Assembly (NCBI GenBank): GCA_025450615.1
Contig: JANWHC010000028.1
Coordinates: 1-38,291, forward strand
Reading direction: 5' to 3'
Length of the DNA: 38,291 nucleotides
DNA from: Minisyncoccota bacterium
GTDB taxonomy: Bacteria; Patescibacteriota; Minisyncoccia; Phycocordibacterales; DATDWN01
A program made the translations under genes and the position numbers. Shown in pieces: positions 16,121 through 23,139 of the stretch. Position 1 is the first letter of the stretch; each line of letters begins with the position of its first letter. The notes beneath the pieces are model-generated. The model made no database searches, was not told where the DNA came from, and was given only the letters and a program-made list of their open reading frames with translations.

Positions 16121-16540
16121 CTATGCAGTTATGTCAGAAGTTAATATTTCACGTAAATCTCGGGAACTTATAGGTTTTGTGATGTGTGTAGAAAAGCCAG
16201 CTTGGATCGCTTTTATTTTATCTTTTTCCATCCCATAGCCAGTCACAGCTATAACTGGAACATTTTTCCATCTCTCACTACTTTTTAAGAATCGGACCAA
16301 ATCATAGCCAGTGACTTCCGGCATATCTATATCAAGCATTATGAGATCTACTTTTTTATTATCTAAAAATTCTATTGCTTCTTTAGCAGAATATGAACCG
16401 TAAGCATTCCATCCAAGTACATGAAGTAGAGAAACTAAAGAGTCGGTAGTGGACATATCATCGTCAATAACCAAAATAGTCCGGACGTTACTTTCTTTCA
16501 CCGTGGGCAAGGAAGCGACGTTTTCTTTTGTTGGTTTCAT
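16121..16540 (-). CDS. Stand-alone response-regulator receiver domain (CheY-like)
   Basis: ILVIDDD, the phospho-acceptor context LIMLDIDMPEVTG, PVIAVTGY and THITKP. There is no output domain and no histidine kinase in the window. Confidence 0.85.
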   Translation of the reverse strand: MKPTKENVASLPTVKESNVRTILVIDDDMSTTDSLVSLLHVLGWNAYGSYSAKEAIEFLDNKKVDLIMLDIDMPEVTGYDLVRFLKSSERWKNVPVIAVTGYGMEKDKIKAIQAGFSTHITKPISSRDLREILTSDITA

Positions 16541-16631
16541 TTATATAGATTATCTGTATTTGGGTGAAGGGCGCATGAATAAATAGTTTTGATTCATCTG
16601 GTCTTCACGATGAGTTTAGTAAGTTTAAACT

Positions 16632-17003
16632 ATGATATCAACACAAACGTCATATACTTCTTCAACAACAAAACCTTTGTACAAGGGTACGCAGATAGTT
16701 TGGTACATTTTAGGAGCCCTCGAAGTATTTCTAGCTTTTCGTTTTGTTTTGAAATTGCTTGGGGCCAACCCCGCTGCAGGTTTTACTAAGTTTATTTATG
16801 GAGTGACTTATATTTTCTCAGCACCATTTAACAATGTATTCAGGTTTAACCGTGTCGGTGGAAGTATTTTCGAATGGACAACACTTTTAGCAATGATCGT
16901 TTATTGGATTGCCGCAGTAGGTATTGTGAAGCTTTTCCTTATGAGTAAAACAGTTTCCACTCCTGAGGCGGCAGTTAAACTTAACAAACAGGAAGAACAA
17001 TAG
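16632..17003 (+). CDS. YggT-family membrane protein
   Basis: FRFVLKLLGANPAAGFTKFIYGVTYIFSAPFNNVF...GGSIFEWTTLLAMIVYWI fits the YGGT repeat pattern. Confidence 0.6.
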   Translation: MISTQTSYTSSTTKPLYKGTQIVWYILGALEVFLAFRFVLKLLGANPAAGFTKFIYGVTYIFSAPFNNVFRFNRVGGSIFEWTTLLAMIVYWIAAVGIVKLFLMSKTVSTPEAAVKLNKQEEQ

Positions 17004-17005
17004 AT

Positions 17006-17512
17006 TTATTCTCCGGCGAAGGCTTTATCTAAGTCAGCGATGATTATTTTTTTCATCTGAAGCATAGCGTGTGTAGCTCTTCTTCCAGCTTCACCTTCTT
17101 GGCCTAGCCATTTCTCCATTCCTGGAGCAATCTGCCACGAAAGTCCATATTTGTCTTTCAACCAACCACACTGGCTTTCTTGTCCGCCGTCATTTACAAA
17201 TTTATTCCAAAAGTAGTCGATCTCCGTCTGATCTTTACAGTCGACGAGGAGTGAAACTGATTCATTGAATTTAAAAATTGGTCCACCATCGAGTGCCATA
17301 TAGCGATTTCCTTCAAGTTCAAAAATTCCAGTTAAAACTTTTCCTTCAAAACCTTTCATTGGTCCCTCAAGTGGTCCCTCAGGATATTTTTTAATATCAA
17401 TAACCTTCGAATCTATTTTTTTGTTTGGATTTCCATTAAAAACTGAAACGTAATAATTTATTGCTTCCTCAGCATTTGTATCGAACCATAAGAACGGTGT
17501 AATTTTATTCAT
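17006..17512 (-). CDS. VOC/glyoxalase-fold protein of the PhnB / 3-demethylubiquinone-9 methyltransferase-domain family
   Basis: MNKITPFLWFDTNAEEAINYYVSVF and QCGWLKDKYGLSWQI are characteristic of this family. Confidence 0.8.
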   Translation of the reverse strand: MNKITPFLWFDTNAEEAINYYVSVFNGNPNKKIDSKVIDIKKYPEGPLEGPMKGFEGKVLTGIFELEGNRYMALDGGPIFKFNESVSLLVDCKDQTEIDYFWNKFVNDGGQESQCGWLKDKYGLSWQIAPGMEKWLGQEGEAGRRATHAMLQMKKIIIADLDKAFAGE

Positions 17513-17626
17513 AGTAATATTTTAATTAATTTAAATAAATAATAGATGAAGATTAATTATATCAAAGTAAGTTAAATAAAAATAAAAAGATGAAACCCGC
17601 GTGGAGCAGGTTCCATCACGGGTTCG

Positions 17627-18196
17627 TTACTTTCTTTTAATACGGACAACATCTAATCCGCACTTTGCTAGAAGGGCAACTCTTCGATAGAACATGTCCC
17701 TCACCGCCACCTCTTCTGGGACTTTGGGAAACTTGTCACCAAGAGATCCTAACCGCTGGATGACTTGTGCTCCATAGCACCCACCTTGATAGACTGAGTC
17801 AGCTGACAAACTATCGGCTGCAAACTCCTTCTCTAAAGTTCCCATCATGGAGTAGTCAGAGTGAAGAAGCAGAAGGTGGACTGCTTCGTGACCAAGCATA
17901 AATGCAACTTCGCCCTTGGTCCAAATTTCTAAGGGCAGATCATCACTTACCGCTACAACACAACCCAACTTTGAGTCTGGGCAGTCGAGCGTAGCGACAA
18001 ACAGTTGACTTCTTACCACTACATCGACTTTCGCCACTTCGGGTCCAAGATGGTCGAAGCACGTATGGAAGGTCGCGGTGAGATATTTTTCCCAAGTTAC
18101 CCGATCTTCTACTTTGGGCAAATCTGTAGGTATGCACCCACTGGTCGGCCCACTTTGAAGTACAGTCGTCAGGGCCAAAGCAACTAACAAGAGCAT
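17627..18196 (-). CDS. GC-rich orphan: predicted lipoprotein with an HExxH zinc-metallopeptidase-like motif
   Basis: AAGGAG lies 6 nt before the ATG. The N-terminus MLLLVALALTTVLQSGPTSGC has a signal peptide with a lipobox-like TSGC. The motif FMLGHEAVHLLLLH...LEKEFAAD is HExxH plus a downstream ExxAD-type Glu. A hand-counted sample is 53% G+C. It has its own hairpin/T-tract terminator at about 17575-17620. Confidence 0.5.
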   Translation of the reverse strand: MLLLVALALTTVLQSGPTSGCIPTDLPKVEDRVTWEKYLTATFHTCFDHLGPEVAKVDVVVRSQLFVATLDCPDSKLGCVVAVSDDLPLEIWTKGEVAFMLGHEAVHLLLLHSDYSMMGTLEKEFAADSLSADSVYQGGCYGAQVIQRLGSLGDKFPKVPEEVAVRDMFYRRVALLAKCGLDVVRIKRK

Positions 18197-18294
18197 AGGA
18201 TCTCCTTTTAAGTATTGAGTTTAACAAGTCTTTCTTCAGAATAGTACCTATCGTTGTTTTGTCAACGATGTATCACATTATGGAAAGGTGTAAT

Positions 18295-19062
18295 TTATTG
18301 ATTAGGATACCAATTTTCTAATCTGACTTCGATGTTTGGATTTCCAGCATTTACCAGTTGTTTAAATTTATTTATGTCACTTAAGCCATCTTGTCCGCGA
18401 TAGTGATATGGGTAAACAACTTTTGGTTTGAAGGCGAGTACTGCGTCCGCAGCTTCTTCCACGGTCATAGTAAACGGGGGATTCATTGGCACGAGTGCAA
18501 TGTCAATATTTTTTAAGGTTTTCATCTCAGGAGTTCCAGAAGTATCTCCAGCAACATACACTCGGAAATTATTTTTTTCAATTACATAACCATTCCCACG
18601 ACCTTTTGTGTGACGGCTTGTGGTGGCTTCAGGTAAGTTGTACATTGGAATCGCTTCAATACTAAAGCCTTGGACTAATATTTTGTCACCATTTTTCATA
18701 ACCCTTGAAGTCGATGCGAGATTTGCAGGGAGTAAATCTTTTACAGCTTGTGGAACAATTAAAGTTGAAGAGGCAATTACAGCAGATAGGGTACTTGTAC
18801 TTAGATGATCACCATGAATATCAGTTACTAAAATAATCTGAGGAACTTTCTTGCCTGCAAAAGCCTCTAGCCCGCCGGTAGGGTCTGTATATATTGCCAC
18901 ATCACCCCATTGTATTACGGAGGTTGCATGTGTTATTGGAATTATTTGGGCTTTTAGAGTTTCAGTTTCAACTACTGGTTCAGTCTTTGTTTTATTGCTA
19001 AGCATGTACAAGCCGATTCCCAGAAGTATGACGACTATAACTAATATGATTGTATTTTTCAT
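18295..19062 (-). CDS. Membrane-anchored MBL-fold metal-dependent hydrolase
   Basis: N-terminal TM helix, LVTDIHGDHLS (metal-binding HxDH-type motif), and YVAGDTSG...ALVPMNPPFTM typical of the Lactamase_B_2/3 family. Confidence 0.75.
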   Translation of the reverse strand: MKNTIILVIVVILLGIGLYMLSNKTKTEPVVETETLKAQIIPITHATSVIQWGDVAIYTDPTGGLEAFAGKKVPQIILVTDIHGDHLSTSTLSAVIASSTLIVPQAVKDLLPANLASTSRVMKNGDKILVQGFSIEAIPMYNLPEATTSRHTKGRGNGYVIEKNNFRVYVAGDTSGTPEMKTLKNIDIALVPMNPPFTMTVEEAADAVLAFKPKVVYPYHYRGQDGLSDINKFKQLVNAGNPNIEVRLENWYPNQ

Positions 19063-19103
19063 GACTCAATTATACCCAGAGATAGGATGAAGAACAATTG
19101 AAC

Positions 19104-19916
19104 TTAAAAATTACATTTAGCGGGTGACCCTTCTCGAAATCCTAAATTAAATGAAGATACACGTTGTGCAGACGAGCCATGGGTCCATGTCTCAGGATTA
19201 ACCCTCCCATTTACTTTTTCTTGAATTCGATCGTCTCCAACCGCACTCGCCGCATCTATTGCTTCTTGTATTTCTCCAGGCATAAACACACCCAGGTCTT
19301 TAATAGAATATGCCCAAACTCCAGCTAAACAATCGGCTTGCAGTTCAGTTTTTACCGATTCCTCGTTAGTTGAGTTTTCATTTAAAGTATTTAATAAATT
19401 TTGCACATGATGACCCACTTCATGTGAAATAACATAAGCTTCCGCTACATCACCGCCCTCTGCACCAAAACGTTCGGTAAGTTCATCAAAAAAAGTTTCA
19501 TCTAAATAAATAGTTTCATCTAAGGGACAATAATGTGGTCCGTGTCTACTATCTGCTCCGCCACACTCTGAATTAGTGCTTCCTCTAAATAACACCAAAG
19601 TCGGTTCTCTATACGTTAAATTATTTTGATTAAATACCTTGGTCCAAAGTTCATTATTGGATCCAAGAACAATAGAAGTAAATACCTCATATGAATCTGC
19701 ACCATCAAAATCTTTTGACTCATAAGTAGATGTTGTGGCAGGAATATTTTGTAGATCATTTATAACATCGGTTGCATCACCCCCTCCAAAAAAGTTTAAA
19801 AGAAGAACGATGACAAGGCCAGTAAGACCAATTCCACCTCCCAACATTGGACCCATTCCTCTTCTGTCATTTACATTTCCTCTACTTTGTATTTTTTCCC
19901 ATAGTGCCATTCTCAA
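19104..19916 (-). CDS. ypfJ: YpfJ-family putative neutral zinc metallopeptidase
   Basis: TM helix, CGGADSRHGPHYCP, HEVGHHVQN and ELQADCLAGVWA are the hallmarks of the Zn_peptidase (YpfJ) family. Confidence 0.85.
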   Translation of the reverse strand: MRMALWEKIQSRGNVNDRRGMGPMLGGGIGLTGLVIVLLLNFFGGGDATDVINDLQNIPATTSTYESKDFDGADSYEVFTSIVLGSNNELWTKVFNQNNLTYREPTLVLFRGSTNSECGGADSRHGPHYCPLDETIYLDETFFDELTERFGAEGGDVAEAYVISHEVGHHVQNLLNTLNENSTNEESVKTELQADCLAGVWAYSIKDLGVFMPGEIQEAIDAASAVGDDRIQEKVNGRVNPETWTHGSSAQRVSSFNLGFREGSPAKCNF

Positions 19917-20006
19917 ATTATGTAATTAAACAAGTGAATTTAAAATGAGGAATGTTAAAAAGAAAATCTCGTCGATAAAATAAATTAAAATTAATAAAAA
20001 ATTCAA

Positions 20007-20034
20007 TTGCAAAGCTATGATTTTCTGGTATTAT
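20007..20034 (+). promoter_or_regulatory. Candidate promoter of tRNA-Asn
   Basis: TTGCAA (20007-20012) - 16 nt - TATTAT (20029-20034), 9 nt upstream of the tRNA 5' end. Confidence 0.5.
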
Positions 20035-20043
20035 CTTAAACAT

Positions 20044-20115
20044 TCCGGTGTAGCTCAGTGGTAGAGCAATCGCCTGTTAAGCGATTGGTCGTAGGTTCGA
20101 TCCCTACCGCCGGAG
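20044..20115 (+). tRNA. tRNA-Asn (anticodon GTT)
   Basis: Acceptor stem TCCGGTG/CGCCGGA, D arm TAGCTCAGTGGTAGAGCA, anticodon stem-loop ATCGC-CTGTTAA-GCGAT and T arm GTAGGTTCGATCCCTAC. CCA is not encoded. Confidence 0.9.
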
Positions 20116-20116
20116 C

Positions 20117-20147
20117 AAAAACAAACCCCGAAAGGGGTTTTTGTTTT
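20117..20147 (+). terminator. Rho-independent terminator after tRNA-Asn
   Basis: AAAACAAACCCC gaaa GGGGTTTTTGTTTT. Confidence 0.7.
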
Positions 20148-20253
20148 GCCCGGCGGAGTAAAAGTGTGGGACACTTTTACGTTAGGAATCGAAAACCTGT
20201 GATAGTTTTTTAAGACGAAGTGAATTAAAAAACAGAACAGGTGTACAGAAACT

Positions 20254-20283
20254 GTAGGTTTCGATATCCCTACCGTCGGAGCA
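20254..20283 (+). repeat. Degenerate direct copy of the tRNA-Asn 3' end (T arm plus acceptor 3' strand); att-like scar
   Basis: GTAGGTTTCGATATCCCTACCGTCGGAGCA compares with the authentic GTAGGTTCGATCCCTACCGCCGGAGCA (20091-20117). The copy differs by three inserted bases and one substitution. Confidence 0.6.
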
Positions 20284-20316
20284 CTTTTATGCTAGAGTAT
20301 TCACAGAGGAGGCGAG

Positions 20317-21057
20317 ATGAAGAAGCATCTTGCTGTAGCATTTCTGATTTGTTGCCTGTCTTTTGAGTCAAGGCAGGCTCTAAACCAAAGGCTCCTGGTT
20401 GCCTTAGAGCTCTCGCTTGATGGAGCGCTAGAGTACGATTCGAATATGAATCTAACTCTCGGCACGGATTTTTTGTCGCCGAAAGGGACAGTTATTTTCT
20501 TATCGAAGGACGAAGGAATGAGACGCATGGTCGAATTTGCTCGTAAGAACGAGCTGGAATTCGGCATGATTTTTCTACCTGAGTGGAATGCGTGGATAAC
20601 TGAATCAGTTAGGAGATTAGACAGTTTCCTCATTTTGGATAGTAAGTACATGACCGCTGCCTGTTCTGCAGGGATAAAAACAGGCATTGGGCACATCCAC
20701 AACACGCTGGAAATCGACATTGAGCCACTAGAGGAGTATCAAGGACTTGTCATCCAGTCGACAATGCCATCTGATATTGATCTCATGCAATTTGATTCTG
20801 TGACCCGAGATTGCCCCTATGCGGACATTTTCGGGTTCATAACTCACGTTTTCGGCGTGACGTACTATGCTGGTAGCGAAAGGGGCTGGGCGATACCTGA
20901 ATACGTACACTTTGCGGTTAAGCAGGAGGCAATCGACCTAAACCGAAGCGCTCGAAGGCTGTCCTCAGAGTTGATGCTCCCGACGTTTACAGAGGGACAC
21001 AAAGGTTTCGTTCGCCTCTGGTTCGAGTTCTTGCCACAGGAGAAGGACTCGAAGTGA
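20317..21057 (+). CDS. GC-rich orphan: secreted protein (signal peptide) of unknown function (246 aa)
   Basis: GAGGAGG lies just upstream of the ATG. The N-terminus is MKKHLAVAFLICCLSFES. I recognise no catalytic motif. A hand-counted sample is 47% G+C. It has its own terminator. Confidence 0.55.
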   Translation: MKKHLAVAFLICCLSFESRQALNQRLLVALELSLDGALEYDSNMNLTLGTDFLSPKGTVIFLSKDEGMRRMVEFARKNELEFGMIFLPEWNAWITESVRRLDSFLILDSKYMTAACSAGIKTGIGHIHNTLEIDIEPLEEYQGLVIQSTMPSDIDLMQFDSVTRDCPYADIFGFITHVFGVTYYAGSERGWAIPEYVHFAVKQEAIDLNRSARRLSSELMLPTFTEGHKGFVRLWFEFLPQEKDSK

Positions 21058-21067
21058 CCAGAAAAAT

Positions 21068-21111
21068 AAGTCCGCAATGAAGCTCGCTTCACTGCGGACT
21101 TCATTGTTTTT
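21068..21111 (+). terminator. Rho-independent terminator of the secreted orphan gene
   Basis: AAGTCCGCA (21068-21076) / TGCGGACTT (21093-21101) with an inner stem TGAAG/CTTCA, followed by CATTGTTTTT. Confidence 0.7.
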
Positions 21112-21141
21112 AAATAAATAAAAAAGTAGTATAATTAGTCT

Positions 21142-21519
21142 ATGAACATCAAAATCAGGGGAGTTAATTGCGAGATTACTGGACCGATTAGTGATTATGT
21201 AAATAGAAAAATTTCGTCTCTTGAAAAATTTTTAGAAAAAAAGTCAGAAACTATTTGTGAAATAGAAATTGGTAAAACAACAAATCACCATAAGTCCGGT
21301 GATATTTTTAGAGCAGAAATAAATCTAATGGAGCCTGGAAAGGGTCAAGTTTTTGCTACAGCGGAAGCAAACGATTTATATTCAGCTATTGATATAATTC
21401 GAGACGAAGCAGAGAGGGAAATTGTTACACACAAGAAAAAGAAAGACACACTTTTTCGACGTGGAGCAGGGCAAGTAAAAAATTTACTAAAGAGACTTAA
21501 TTTTAGGAAGAATCGATAA
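21142..21519 (+). CDS. hpf: Ribosome hibernation-promoting factor / RaiA (S30AE family)
   Basis: MNIKIRGVNCEITGPISDYVNRKISSLEKFL...AEINL...ATAEANDLYSAIDIIRDEAEREI matches the family pattern. Confidence 0.85.
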   Translation: MNIKIRGVNCEITGPISDYVNRKISSLEKFLEKKSETICEIEIGKTTNHHKSGDIFRAEINLMEPGKGQVFATAEANDLYSAIDIIRDEAEREIVTHKKKKDTLFRRGAGQVKNLLKRLNFRKNR

Positions 21520-21524
21520 CTTTT

Positions 21525-21710
21525 ATGATAAATCTAAATCAAAATGTTCCTGTTGGCAGTTTGAAGCAAAAAGCAAATTGGTTTTTAGTTGGATTCGTGT
21601 TTGGTTGTATTTTTATTATCATTCTTCTTTTGTATGTTATGCAAAAGTCCGAAGCAAAAGCTCTTCTACTTGACTCGGTTTCCTTAAACTCAGAATATAA
21701 TTCAGATTAA
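21525..21710 (+). CDS. Small single-pass membrane protein (61 aa)
   Basis: It starts 6 nt after hpf and has one TM helix (WFLVGFVFGCIFIIILLLYVM). Confidence 0.4.
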   Translation: MINLNQNVPVGSLKQKANWFLVGFVFGCIFIIILLLYVMQKSEAKALLLDSVSLNSEYNSD

Positions 21711-22561
21711 TTCAAATTTCTAGAAAAACTTTCGTAAGAGATTTCTTTTTTGCCTTCCGGAACAACTTTAAGTGGGATAAACTCTCCATTTTGAAAAGTT
21801 GCCTCAGTTATTTTAACTCGAGTTCTTACATTATTTTTTTCAACAAAGAAAAAAACACTTGGCCAGCCATGGTATGCTCGGTACTTTCTGTATAATTCTT
21901 CTGGATTTTCAGTTAGCTTTATTTCACCATCTTCTTTTTTAATTTTGCCACAACGGGTTTTTTCTATGTGGTTCTGTTCTACAGGCTTAATTTCGCCTGA
22001 AATATATTTAGGCAATGTTTCTACTAAAAGTTTTTTTCCGATTTGATTCAGTCTATTTCTAAGCTCTGGGGCAGTTTCCTCTGAGTCTATATCGACTTCT
22101 TCGAGAGCTATTACCGGTCCCGCATCTAGCTCATAAACCATTTTTTGGATACAAACACCAGTTTTTGTTTCTCCATTTAATATTGCGCTTTCAACAGGGG
22201 TTGCGCCACGATATTTCGGAAGTAAGGAATAATGAATATTAAGCGTACCGTATTTAGGTATATTTATTAAATCTTCTGGAAGAATTTTGCCATAAGCAAC
22301 GACAATAAATAAATCCCAAGAAGTTTTTTTTAATTTTTCTAAAAACTCCTCAGTTATTTTTTCTGGCTGAATGATCTGAATATTATTTTCCTCTGCCCAT
22401 TTTTTTGGTTCAGGTGAAGTTAGGATAAGTTTTCTGCCAACTGGAGCATCTGGCCCAGTCACAATAAGTTCTGGTGAAAAGTTTGAATTTTTTAATTCCT
22501 CTAAAATCTCAAGTGTTAATGGAGGAGTGCCAAAAAAAGCGATGCGCAAATTATTTTTCAT
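21707..22561 (-). CDS. fmt: Methionyl-tRNA formyltransferase
   Basis: RIAFFGTP, LFIVVAYGKILP and LNIHYSLLPKYRGATPVESAILNGE (the HxSLLPxxRG motif). Confidence 0.9.
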   Translation of the reverse strand: MKNNLRIAFFGTPPLTLEILEELKNSNFSPELIVTGPDAPVGRKLILTSPEPKKWAEENNIQIIQPEKITEEFLEKLKKTSWDLFIVVAYGKILPEDLINIPKYGTLNIHYSLLPKYRGATPVESAILNGETKTGVCIQKMVYELDAGPVIALEEVDIDSEETAPELRNRLNQIGKKLLVETLPKYISGEIKPVEQNHIEKTRCGKIKKEDGEIKLTENPEELYRKYRAYHGWPSVFFFVEKNNVRTRVKITEATFQNGEFIPLKVVPEGKKEISYESFSRNLN

Positions 22562-22562
22562 T

Positions 22563-23108
22563 CTATTTCTGTGAATTAGGAGGCATATCTTCTATATCTT
22601 TTGCTTTATCGATAAACAAAATACCATTTAAATGGTCTACTTCGTGTTGAAAAATCTGAGCCAAAAGACCAACTCCTCCTCTTTCAAATTTTTTACCATT
22701 TTCATCATAAGCTTCGATAGTCGCTTTGTTACTTCGATTAACTTTTCCATAAAGATATCTAACAGATAAACACCCCTCTTCAACACTCTTTTTTTCCTTG
22801 GATAGTTTTTTGATAACAGGGTTTATAAAAATAAGTTTTTGAGAATTCTTAATTTTTGAATCAATTAGTATATCAGTCCCTTCTTTGACTTTTTTATCTA
22901 TCTCAAATATTCTCTCCGAGATAATGAACATCCTAAGTGAGTATCCAATTTGTGGTGCTGCAATTGCCACGCCATCATCTTGTGACATTAAAGCTTCTTT
23001 CATCTCAGAAAGCATCTTTTTTATCTTAGGAGTGCCTATCTCATTTAGAGAAACTTCCTTAGCTATTTCTCTCAATATTTTAACGTCTTTTTGAAGGATT
23101 TTCTTCAT
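22563..23108 (-). CDS. def: Peptide deformylase
   Basis: GVAIAAPQIG, EGCLS and QHEVDHLNG, the three PDF motifs. Confidence 0.9.
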   Translation of the reverse strand: MKKILQKDVKILREIAKEVSLNEIGTPKIKKMLSEMKEALMSQDDGVAIAAPQIGYSLRMFIISERIFEIDKKVKEGTDILIDSKIKNSQKLIFINPVIKKLSKEKKSVEEGCLSVRYLYGKVNRSNKATIEAYDENGKKFERGGVGLLAQIFQHEVDHLNGILFIDKAKDIEDMPPNSQK

Positions 23109-23139
23109 AATTTTCTTTACCTTAACACAAAAAAGTGCT

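Noticed and set aside
17943-18227. A 94-aa minus-strand ORF and a 60-aa plus-strand ORF overlapping the HExxH lipoprotein gene.
   Set aside because: These are alternative frames in GC-rich DNA without an SD sequence. The 189-aa frame has an SD sequence, a signal peptide and a catalytic-type motif.
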